Shown: positions 39,851-48,077 of the stretch, in pieces | How the letters are laid out: every line of letters starts with the position of its first letter | How positions within the stretch are numbered: the stretch's first letter is position 1 | Source of the DNA: a bacterium | GTDB lineage: Bacteria > Actinomycetota > Acidimicrobiia > Acidimicrobiales > CATQHL01 | Assembly (NCBI GenBank): GCA_026708055.1 | Contig: JAPOVS010000040.1 | Coordinates: 29,400-93,399, forward strand | Direction: 5' to 3' | DNA length: 64,000 bases | Position numbers and translations under genes: made by a program | The notes under the pieces: generated by a model | What the model saw: only the letters and a program-made list of their open reading frames with translations | Told to the model about the DNA's origin: nothing | The model's database searches: none

Positions 39851-40729
39851 ATGGGCTACTTCGCACGATCCTGGGAACTCGGCAAGACGTCCTGGCGCGT
39901 CCTGCGCAAGGACAAGGAGCTGCTGTGGCTGCCGGTCCTCGGCGGCCTGGCAGCGCTGATCATCGCCGGGGTCGTCTTCGGCCTGATCGTGCTGATCGAC
40001 TACGACCCGGCGGTGGGCTGGGGGGACTTCGAGGTCAGTGGCGGATCGAGGTGGCTGGTCGTCCTGGGAGTCGTCGCCAGCACCGTCGCCGTCTACTTCT
40101 TCCAGGGCGCCCTGGTTCACGGCGCCCGTGAGCGGCTCACCGGTGGCGACCCCACGGTGGCCAGCGCCATCCGCGGCGCCTCGGGCCGGTTCGGCACCAT
40201 CGCCGTCTGGGCGATCATCGCCGTCGTGGTGGGCATCATCATCAACTCGATCCAGGCGGCGGCGCGCGACCGCGCCGGCTTCGCCGGGGCGCTGCTCGGC
40301 GGTCTCCTGGATCTGGCGTGGCGGGTGATGACCTTCCTGGTGATGCCGATCATCATCGCCGAGCGCGTCGGCGCGTTCGGGGCCCTCGGGCGTTCCAAGA
40401 ACCTGCTGCGGCGGACCTGGGGCGAGAACCTCGTCGCCCAGGCCGGGCTCTCCATCGTGGGCTTCGTCCTGATGGCGCCCGGACTGCTCATCGCCATCTT
40501 CCTGGGCACGGGACCGCTGGGGGTCTTCGGTGTCATCGTCGGTGGCCTGCTGATGATCCTCGGCGCCGTGGTGGCCTCGGCGCTGAGCGCCGTGTACCAG
40601 ACCGCCCTCTACGAGTACGCCACGACCGGCGAGTCCCCGGCCGAGTTCGCCGAGGTCGACCTGGGCCGGTCCTTCGGCCACCGCGAACGCGGCAGCAACT
40701 GGGGACAACCCGGCCGCTACCGCACATAG
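39851..40729 (+). CDS. DUF6159-like integral membrane protein
   Basis: Begins MGYFARSWELGKTSWRVLRKDKELLWLPVLGG. Multiple TM helices are present. Confidence 0.7.
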   Translation: MGYFARSWELGKTSWRVLRKDKELLWLPVLGGLAALIIAGVVFGLIVLIDYDPAVGWGDFEVSGGSRWLVVLGVVASTVAVYFFQGALVHGARERLTGGDPTVASAIRGASGRFGTIAVWAIIAVVVGIIINSIQAAARDRAGFAGALLGGLLDLAWRVMTFLVMPIIIAERVGAFGALGRSKNLLRRTWGENLVAQAGLSIVGFVLMAPGLLIAIFLGTGPLGVFGVIVGGLLMILGAVVASALSAVYQTALYEYATTGESPAEFAEVDLGRSFGHRERGSNWGQPGRYRT

Positions 40730-40763
40730 CGCTACCGCTCCCCCGCCGGCGGCGGGGCGGGCG

Positions 40764-40839
40764 TCACACGTCGAGCCAGTCGGGGCGGTCCGAGACTCCC
40801 TGGACGGTCCAGCAGCCGTCCACGACGATGCACTGGCCG
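40764..40839 (-). pseudogene. orphan 3'-terminal fragment of the SDR gene (left copy of a 74-bp direct repeat)
   Basis: 40766-40839 matches 45441-45514 at 72 of 74 positions. It would encode ...QCIVVDGCWTVQGVSDRPDWLDV*, compared with the intact SDR C-terminus GQCIVVDGGWTVQGVSDRPDWLDV*. Confidence 0.8.
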
Positions 40840-40959
40840 TCACACACCCGATGGCGCGTCCTCACCGCTCCCGCGAGACCGGCATGGGGCGCGCACGCAA
40901 CGAACCATCGCTCGTATTCGCGGCGAGCCTGCCGCCTCCGGCAGGGGCGGGGCTCGGGC

Positions 40960-41688
40960 TTACGCCTGCTCGCCCAGCCGGGCCCGCAGGGCGGCCACCT
41001 CGGCCTCAGATGCGCGACGGGCGGCCTCAGCGGCCTCGGCACGATCCTCAGCGGCCGTGGCACGCGCCACGGCAGCGTCCCGTTGGTGGCGGGTCTCGTC
41101 TGGATCGGCTAGCCAGCAGCCGCTTCTGGAGTCCCGAAAGCGCAGACGGTGGTCCTCGGCGTGAAGATCCAAGCCGAGGACCCGGCTGTGGCCGCGCAGA
41201 CGGCCGCCGTCGTCGGTGCCCACCGCTATCGGCGCCCAGGCGCCGCCCTCCCGGCGGTCGCCCTGCAGGGCGGGCGTGTAGAACTCGCCGCCGGTGGGGT
41301 CGAGGCGCCAGTACTCGCTGACGCCCATCTCCAGATACGCCGCGGGCTTGTCGTCCAAGTCGTTCCGGTAGGTGCGCTCCGAGGCGACCTCCAGCACGAA
41401 CGCGGGCGGCGCGCCCACCTCCCAGAGCCGGTAGCTGGCCGCCTCCTGGATGCGGCGGGGCTCCACGCCGAAGCACACGAACACGTCGGGCGCGACCACC
41501 CTGCGGGCCGGCAGCGGGCGGTAATAGACATTGAGGTCCTGGCCGACGAAGCAGCCCCGGAGCCCCGCGAAGTGCCCGCGCAGCGCGCCGTAGCACAGGA
41601 AGCGCACCAGCGAATGCAGGTCCGAGTCAGGCACGCTGGGAGTGGCGGGGTACGCCACGTCGGGATCCAAGTCGGCCAGCACGCTCAC
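40960..41688 (-). CDS. Uma2 family (DUF820) endonuclease
   Basis: Contains ...VVAPDVFVCFGV...APPAFVLEVASERTYRNDLDDKPAAYLEMGVSEYWRLDP..., a PD-(D/E)XK Uma2 core. A coiled C-terminal tail follows. Confidence 0.85.
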   Translation of the reverse strand: MSVLADLDPDVAYPATPSVPDSDLHSLVRFLCYGALRGHFAGLRGCFVGQDLNVYYRPLPARRVVAPDVFVCFGVEPRRIQEAASYRLWEVGAPPAFVLEVASERTYRNDLDDKPAAYLEMGVSEYWRLDPTGGEFYTPALQGDRREGGAWAPIAVGTDDGGRLRGHSRVLGLDLHAEDHRLRFRDSRSGCWLADPDETRHQRDAAVARATAAEDRAEAAEAARRASEAEVAALRARLGEQA

Positions 41689-41928
41689 CGTCGCCTCCCC
41701 TCCCGCGGCCCAACCGCCGCGGCCTCGACCCCCAGCCTAACCCCACCGGCCCGCTGCCGCAGACACCATCTACTATTGCCATATACATTATATAGTAACA
41801 TTATATTTAGATCACTCTGAACTCAGCAAACCAACACCGAGCTCGCGGCGGTGCCTGCGGATCAACTAGCTGTGTACGCGATGTCCCCCCTTTGTGGAGT
41901 CGCTCGCCAACGTGTCGTCCGACATCTC

Positions 41929-42297
41929 TCACAGCGGCAACACCCGAACCCGACTGCGGCCTTCGTCAACCACGACGAGGGCACCAGCCGACAGGTCAGC
42001 CTCATGCTGGCGGAGAGCGGCGATGATCGGTCCCTCCAGATGATCGGGTAGCACGTTCTCGGCGCGGACCTGAATCACGCTTGGCCCAGCCCGGTGCGAT
42101 AGCGCCAACATGGTCCCAAAGTCAAGGTCGTGGGTGAAGACGACGTGCTTGTGCGAAGCCGCCCAGTCCATGATTTCGCCGTCGGTGGCCCTCGGATCGC
42201 CGACAGTCGACCAGTGCACAGCCTTCCACCCGTGCTCCCGCAACCTCGGCACCAATTCGGGCGACAGATTCATATCCAGCAGGAGCCTCAGGCTCAC
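41929..42297 (-). CDS. DUF5615 (PIN-like/Mut7-C-like) putative toxin
   Basis: Reads LLLDMNLSPELVPRLREHGWKAVHWSTVG...IMDWAASHKHVVFTHDLDFG. The GTG start at 42297 forms a GTGA overlap with the DUF433 stop. Confidence 0.75.
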   Translation of the reverse strand: MSLRLLLDMNLSPELVPRLREHGWKAVHWSTVGDPRATDGEIMDWAASHKHVVFTHDLDFGTMLALSHRAGPSVIQVRAENVLPDHLEGPIIAALRQHEADLSAGALVVVDEGRSRVRVLPL

Positions 42298-42524
42298 GGC
42301 ACCGAGAGGGGAACCTCGCGTTCCTCGAGCCTCCACGCCGCGTAGGCCAGCGACTGTGCAATGTCCTCCCGCTCAAGGTAGGGATAGGCCTCCAGGATCT
42401 CGACCGGCGAGCGGCCGGACGCCAAGAGGCCCACGACCGTCCCCACGGTCACCCGCATCCCACGGATGCAGGCCTTGCCGCCCATGACCACAGGGTCGAT
42501 GGTGATCCTGTCCAACGGTTCCAT
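42294..42524 (-). CDS. DUF433 putative antitoxin
   Basis: Reads ITIDPVVMGGKACIRGMRVTVGTVVGLLASGRSPVEILEAYPYLEREDI, a DUF433 signature. Confidence 0.85.
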   Translation of the reverse strand: MEPLDRITIDPVVMGGKACIRGMRVTVGTVVGLLASGRSPVEILEAYPYLEREDIAQSLAYAAWRLEEREVPLSVP

Positions 42525-43110
42525 GATCCGTCACCTCTCCGACCGCCGACGCAAGCGAGCCGATGCATTCACGGTACCCCACCAGGCAACCCGACGACGA
42601 CCACGAAGACACCCACGATGTCGCTGCCTCCGCGACACCACGGCCCGCCCTCCAATCGCCCTACCGGTCGCCCGCCGGAACAGCGGGGGGATCAAGTCCT
42701 CGTACATAGCCGGCCGGGGCCACCACCACAACCTCGGCACCCTGCTCGTACTGGTCGCCCAATCGGGCACTCAGGGCGGCGAACTCGGCCTCGGCTCGAT
42801 TAACCGGCACACCGCCCATTGCCGAAATCCGGCTCAGCCCTCGCATCGTTACGCAGACGCGAAACGCTGCCGCCGCCAGCGGTGCTGCCCGGTGTCGGGC
42901 CGAGCCGTGCGGGCCCGGCGGACGTTGACGAGGATGTCCTGGCCGAGGCCGCCAGCGCCGCAGCCACGAGCAGACTCCGCGCCCAGGCCCTCACCGGGCC
43001 GGTCAGCCCCGCCGAACGCGGCGCGGCTATAGTCCCCCGCTGGCTTGGCCTCATCAGCCGGTGAGATCCGCCAACCGACGGCTTGCGCCCTGACCACAAG
43101 GAGAACTCTC

Positions 43111-44995
43111 ATGGCGAACAACCCTGATCCCCGAGCGGCCGCGAGGCGACCCCTCGCCGCGCGGCGCACAAGCACCCCCCCCCCCCGCAGGCCGGCGACG
43201 CCGCGCTAGGGCGCTCCTAGCCGCCGCGGCGCTGCTGGCGGTCCTGGCCGGCGCGCTCGCCTCGACGCCCGCCGCCGCCCAAGAGCCCGGCGGCGAGGTC
43301 CGCATCGTCGCCCGCAAACACAACGACGGCAGAATCGAATTCGCCCTCCAACAACGCCACGGCGACACCTGGGGAGACCGACAACTCCCCCGCTCCCGCT
43401 ACTTCCCCACCACCGCTCCAACCGGACGCTGGCTCGCCAGCACACCCGTAGACGCCGCCGGCGGCGAGGTGCGCATCGTCGCCCGCAAACACAACGACGG
43501 CAGAATCGAATTCGCCCTCCAACAACGCCACGGCGACACCTGGGGAGACCGACAACTCCCCCGCAGCCGCTTCTTCCCCACCACCGCCATCACCGGACGC
43601 TGGCTCACCAGCACACCCATCACCGTCCAAGCCGTCCAAGCACCGGCAACCACTGCCCTCAGCGGTTCCCTGCAATACCTGACCATCACCGGGAACGCGG
43701 CGAGCGGGTTCGCGTGCGCCCTGCGCACCGACGGAACCATCGCCTGCAGCGGCGGCAGGAACAAGTTCAACGAGACCGACGCACCCGACGGCACCTACAC
43801 TGCCATCGCAGCCGGCGACACTCACGCCTGCGCGATCGCCACCGACGGCACCACGACTTGCTGGGGCAACAATTCCGCGGGCCTGACCGACGTTCCGCGA
43901 GATCATCTATTCGAAAGCATTACCGCCGGCTCCGACCACACGTGCGGACTAGATCCTCCCGAGGAAGGGGCACCCGAATCCGCACCCGATGGCGATGTCT
44001 ATCTCGGTTACCATGTCGGTACAGGCGAGTGCTGGGGCGCCAGGCGGCTGCCTGGCGGATCCAGAGTGGGCATCACCGCCATCGCCGCCGGTTACGTGCA
44101 TACCTGCGCGCTCGCCACCGACGGCACCATCGACTGCTCGGGCAGGTGGAGCGAGAGCGACGGCACCTACACCGCCATCGCCGCCGGGGAGGGCCACACC
44201 TGCGCCATCGCCACCGACGGCACCATCGACTGCTGGGGAGACTGGGGAAGCTGGAGATATGTCGATTCCGGCCAGAGCGACGCGCCCGACGGCACCTACA
44301 CCGCCATCGCCGCCGGCGGCTGGCACACCTGCGCCATCGCCACCGACGGCACCATCGACTGCTGGGGCTCCAACGTAAGCGGCCAGAGCGACGCGCCCGA
44401 CGGCACCTACACCGCCATCGCCGCCGGCTCCCGTCACACCTGCGCCATCGCCACCGACGGCACCACCGCCTGCTGGGGCGTCTGGCCCGTAGAACTCGAC
44501 GATCACTACACCGCGATCGCGACCAGTGGCCAACACATCTGCGCCATCGCCACCGACGGCACCATCGACTGCTGGGGAGATAACTCATTCGGCCAGAGAG
44601 ACGCGCCCGACGGCACCTACACGGCCATCGCCGCCGGGGGGATCCACAGCTGCGCGATCCGCACCGACCGCACCATCGCCTGCTGGGGCGGCAGAACCGA
44701 TCGGCGGGGAGAACCCACAGGTCCGACCGACGCGCCCGACGGCACCTACACCGCTGTAGCGGCCATGCGCGGTCACACCTGCGCCATCGCCACCGACAGC
44801 ACCATGGTCTGCTGGGGCATAAAGAGCGACCCCCTTCCCGGCGAGCCAGAGCCAGTCGTCGCGCCCGACGGGCAGTTCACCGCCTTCACCGGCGATCACG
44901 AAGCAAACGATGCAACCTGCGGGATACGCACCGACGGCTCGACCGCGTGTCCAGATTGGTTAGTGTCCCGCGACGGTCTGGCAACTGGCCATTAG
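43111..44995 (+). CDS. RCC1-repeat (beta-propeller) secreted protein; the reading frame is broken at a C12 tract (phase-off state, pseudogene or sequencing error)
   Basis: SD AAGGAG plus ATG 43111 opens a 32-codon ORF that stops at TAG 43207-43209. The signal peptide (RRRRARALLAAAALLAVLAGALA), two 57-aa modules and at least 10 repeats of type DAPDGTYTAIAAGxxHTCAIATDGTIxCWG continue in the +1 frame to 44995. The first canonical in-frame start in that frame is only GTG 43469. Confidence 0.7.
43175..43186. repeat. homopolymeric C12 tract
   Basis: Read directly. Its position is cross-checked against track ORFs on both sides (42849..43175 and 43206..43445). Confidence 0.9.
43289..43630 (+). repeat. 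171-bp tandem duplication (2 copies) encoding a 57-aa module
   Basis: GGEVRIVARKHNDGRIEFALQQRHGDTWGDRQLPRSR(Y/F)FPTTA.TGRWL.STP occurs at 43289-43459 and again at 43460-43630, nearly identical at the DNA level. Confidence 0.85.
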
Positions 44996-45228
44996 TACTC
45001 GACGATCACTACACCGCCGTAACGCGCGGTGACTTGCACACCTGCGCAATCGCCACCGACGGTGCCATGGTCTGCTGGGGCGGAAAGAGCGGCGCAGTAC
45101 GTGACTTCGAGCCAGTCGTCGCGCCCGACGGGCAGTTCACCGCCTTCGATCCAGACCGCCGAACCTGCGGGATTCGCACTGACGGCTCGACCGGGTGTCC
45201 GGATGCGTGGGGGGCCGGAGACGGGTAG
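44996..45228 (+). pseudogene. duplicated C-terminal fragment of the RCC1-repeat gene
   Basis: Reads VLDDHYTAVTRGDLHTCAIATDGAMVCWGG...EPVVAPDGQFTAF...TCGIRTDGSTGCPD. This parallels the last ~80 aa of the preceding gene (...HTCAIATDSTMVCWGI...EPVVAPDGQFTAF...TCGIRTDGSTACPD). It begins right after that gene's stop. Confidence 0.5.
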
Positions 45229-45438
45229 CCCCCTCGCATTCTTCGCTCAGCGACGTGACCTCACTGCCCGGAGGTGACGGCTTTGTCGGCGGTCAACCCT
45301 CCTCCAAGTCGGTGGACGCTGCCGCGTTCGGCTCCCTCCAACCCGCCATCAGCACGACGGCTTCGGGCAGGGCTCACACGGCGCGTTCAAATGCGGCAGC
45401 GTCGCGGCTGTCGGCCGACGCGGCCCGGACACCCGCGG

Positions 45439-46206
45439 CTACACGTCGAGCCAGTCGGGGCGGTCCGAGACTCCCTGCACGGTCCAGCCGCCGTCCACGA
45501 CGATGCACTGGCCGGTGATGTAGGAGGCGTCGGCGCTCGCCAGGAAGACCGCCGGGCGGGCGATCTCGGCGGCGTCGGCGAGGCGGTCGAGCGGGACCTC
45601 CCGCAGCATCCAGTCCTCGGTGAGGGAGCCGTCGTCGAGGGCCTGGGTCACCAGCGGGGTGCGGGTGAAGCCGGGGGCGATGGCGTTGACCCTGATGCCG
45701 TGCGGCGCCACCTCGGTGGCCAGCGAGCGGGTCAACCCCAGGATCGCCGCCTTGGCCGCGGAGTACGGGGCGCGCCCCGGAATGCCCACGAAGCCAGCGG
45801 CGCTGGAGATCGACACGATGGCCCCTCCGCCGACCTTGCGCATCTCGGGGATCGCCGCGGCGCTGCACAGGAACATGCCCCGGAGGTGGACGCCGATCAC
45901 GAGGTCCCAGACCTCGGGCGCCATCAGGTGCGTCGGAGCGGCCCGCTGGATGCCGGCGTTGTTGAACAGCACGTCGACGCGGCCGAGGCGGGCCACTGCC
46001 TCCGCCATGGCGTCCCGCACGGCGGAAGCGTCGGCCACGTCCACTTCCAGATCCAGGACGCCGTCGCGGCTCTGGGCCGGCGCGGCGACGTCGAACGACG
46101 CAACCGCGGCGCCCCGCCGGACCATCTCGTCGGCGATCGCACCGCCGATGCCGCGCGACCCCCCGGTGACGATCGCCACCTTGCCGTCGAACTCGCCGGA
46201 CATCAC
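45439..46206 (-). CDS. SDR family oxidoreductase
   Basis: Contains the TGGSRGIG cofactor motif, NNAG and the S...YSAAK catalytic motif. It overlaps the hyuB-type stop. Confidence 0.9.
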   Translation of the reverse strand: MMSGEFDGKVAIVTGGSRGIGGAIADEMVRRGAAVASFDVAAPAQSRDGVLDLEVDVADASAVRDAMAEAVARLGRVDVLFNNAGIQRAAPTHLMAPEVWDLVIGVHLRGMFLCSAAAIPEMRKVGGGAIVSISSAAGFVGIPGRAPYSAAKAAILGLTRSLATEVAPHGIRVNAIAPGFTRTPLVTQALDDGSLTEDWMLREVPLDRLADAAEIARPAVFLASADASYITGQCIVVDGGWTVQGVSDRPDWLDV

Positions 46207-48047
46207 AGACTCCCCCCGTCAGGGAACTCGGGGCCCTCCTCGAAGCCGGTGCGCAGGGCGGCGGTGGCCTCGGCGTCGAGGATGAAGTCGTCGGCGCCGG
46301 CGTCGTGGGTCGCTGCGACGCCGTAGTCCCGCTGCGCGCCTTCGACGCTGATGTAGCCGTCCCGCAGGTCGTCTAGGACGTGCTCGATGCGCCGCGTGAA
46401 GGGGTGGCCGTACCCGCCGCCGCCCGGTTGGAAGCAGTCCAGCATCTCCCCCCGGCTGATCGGCATGTTGGTGCAGAACATCCCGACGTTGACCTCGTCG
46501 TCGGTGCCGGGGGCGTACATGAACTTGTTGGGCCAGGCGTCGGCGCCGCCGGCGAAGCCCCACGGACCGAACTTCTCGCCGTCGCCGAGATCCGAGAGCA
46601 CGCCGTCGCCGTGGGTGAGGCACCAGCGGCGAGTGACGCCCAAACCGCCCCGCGACCAGCCGGCCCCGGCGCTGTCGGTCTCCATGCGGTAGCAGTCGAA
46701 CAGCACCGGGAACAGCCGCTCCTGCAGTTCGACCGGCTGGTTCATGGCGGTGGTGGCGAAGGTGGTCATAGCGGTGGCGTTGTCCTTGCGGGCCGCCCGA
46801 CCGCCCCAGCCGCCCTCCAGCCACAGGTACATGACGAACTCCCGCTCGTAGCCCGGCCGCGGGTCATAGCCCGCCGTGATCGTGTTGATGAGCCCCGTGG
46901 GTCCGGCCATGGAGCGCTCAGGCGCCAGGTGCATGAACGCCTTCAGCACCAGGTCGCACACAGCCGGGTACACGCCGGCGGCGCAGCCCGACACCGGCGC
47001 CGGGAACTCCACGCTCAGCAGCAGCCCCGGCGGCAGCACGAAGTCGATGGCCCGGAACACGCCCTGGTTCATGGGGATGTGCGGGAAGATCATCTTCATC
47101 GTCACCACGGCGGCGGACAGCGTCACCGACCGGGTCGAGTTGACCGCTCCGAGCGCCGGAGGGCTCGAGCCCGAGAAGTCCATCGTGGCCCGGTCGCCGT
47201 GTACCGTCAGCACCATGTGCGCCGACAGCGGCTCGTCGGAGTCGCTCGCGGGATCGCAGTCCAGGAGTGACTCCACCTCGACGGGGCCGTCGGGCAGTTT
47301 GGCGAACTCGGCGCGCAGCAGGTCCTCGGAGTACTCGATGAACTCGTCCATGGCGGCCAGGATCATCTCGGTCCCGTAGCGGCGGGCCAGAGCCCGCAGG
47401 CGCTGCTCGCCGAGGCGGACCGCGCCGATGGAAGTGAGCAGGTCGCCGCGGGCGGTGTCGGCCATGCGCACGTTGCGCAGGATGAGGTTCGAGACTTCCG
47501 GCTGGAAGACGCCCTCGCGCACCACATGGATGGGCGGCACGGCCAGGCCCTCGCCGTAGGAGCTCCGGGAGTTGGAATCGAAAGTGCCCGGCACATGCCC
47601 GCCGATGTCGGTCCAGTGCATGGAGTTCTGCACGAAGCCGGCCAGCGAGCCGTCGAAGTAGAACGGCATCACCGCCCGCATGTCGTTGTGGTGCGTGCCA
47701 CCGATGTACGGGTCGTTGATCAGCACCACGTCGCCGGGCCGGAAGTACTCCTCGGCGTCGGTGCCGATCCAGTCGAGCATGCCCTTGATGGTGAAGGGAT
47801 GGGTGCCGAGGTGCGCTGCGAGGTCGCGCACGCCCGAGGCGATGAGGTCGCCGTGGCGGTTGCTGATGGTGCCGGAGTAGTCGCCGCCCTCGCTGACCAC
47901 GAGCGAGAAGGCGGCCCGCATCGTGAGCGCGCTCATCTCGTCGGTGATGCTGCTGAAGGCGCTGTTGAGCACCTGGAAGAGGATCGGGTCTCGTTGGCGC
48001 AGACCCACCGGTTCGGTTGGCGAGGTCTCCACGACTCGCAGGCTCAT
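46203..48047 (-). CDS. hydantoinase B/oxoprolinase family protein (HyuB-type), copy 1
   Basis: Contains DPILFQVLNSAFSSITDEMSALTMRAAFSLVVSEGGDYS, GDVVLINDPYIGGTHHNDM and GGGGYGHP. 614 aa. Confidence 0.9.
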   Translation of the reverse strand: MSLRVVETSPTEPVGLRQRDPILFQVLNSAFSSITDEMSALTMRAAFSLVVSEGGDYSGTISNRHGDLIASGVRDLAAHLGTHPFTIKGMLDWIGTDAEEYFRPGDVVLINDPYIGGTHHNDMRAVMPFYFDGSLAGFVQNSMHWTDIGGHVPGTFDSNSRSSYGEGLAVPPIHVVREGVFQPEVSNLILRNVRMADTARGDLLTSIGAVRLGEQRLRALARRYGTEMILAAMDEFIEYSEDLLRAEFAKLPDGPVEVESLLDCDPASDSDEPLSAHMVLTVHGDRATMDFSGSSPPALGAVNSTRSVTLSAAVVTMKMIFPHIPMNQGVFRAIDFVLPPGLLLSVEFPAPVSGCAAGVYPAVCDLVLKAFMHLAPERSMAGPTGLINTITAGYDPRPGYEREFVMYLWLEGGWGGRAARKDNATAMTTFATTAMNQPVELQERLFPVLFDCYRMETDSAGAGWSRGGLGVTRRWCLTHGDGVLSDLGDGEKFGPWGFAGGADAWPNKFMYAPGTDDEVNVGMFCTNMPISRGEMLDCFQPGGGGYGHPFTRRIEHVLDDLRDGYISVEGAQRDYGVAATHDAGADDFILDAEATAALRTGFEEGPEFPDGGSL

Positions 48048-48077
48048 AGGGTTCCCTCCCTCACGCAGACTCTCCCT

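Noticed and set aside
40885-40960. The hairpin CCTGCCG-CCTC-CGGCAGG just downstream of the Uma2 stop, considered as an intrinsic terminator.
   Set aside because: There is no U-tract after the stem on the transcribed strand. It may still pause or terminate transcription in a GC-rich actinobacterium, but that cannot be supported from sequence alone.
42525-43110. A ~590-bp stretch inside the islet, including a 61-aa minus-strand ORF (42661..42846, MRGLSRISAMGGVPVNRAEAEFAALSARLGDQYEQ...). I considered it as a possible recombinase remnant or small gene.
   Set aside because: I recognise no motif in any frame, and the overlapping track ORFs look like GC artefacts. I left it unannotated and mention it only as a place to search for a decayed integrase.
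44270-44770. Periodic ~38-nt near-identical repeats (GACGCGCCCGACGGCACCTACACCGCCATCGCCGCCGG) that could be mistaken for a CRISPR array.
   Set aside because: Spacing is irregular (about 117 to 210 bp). The repeats are in frame within one long ORF and encode the DAPDGTYTAIAAG strand of successive RCC1-type blades. No cas genes are nearby.
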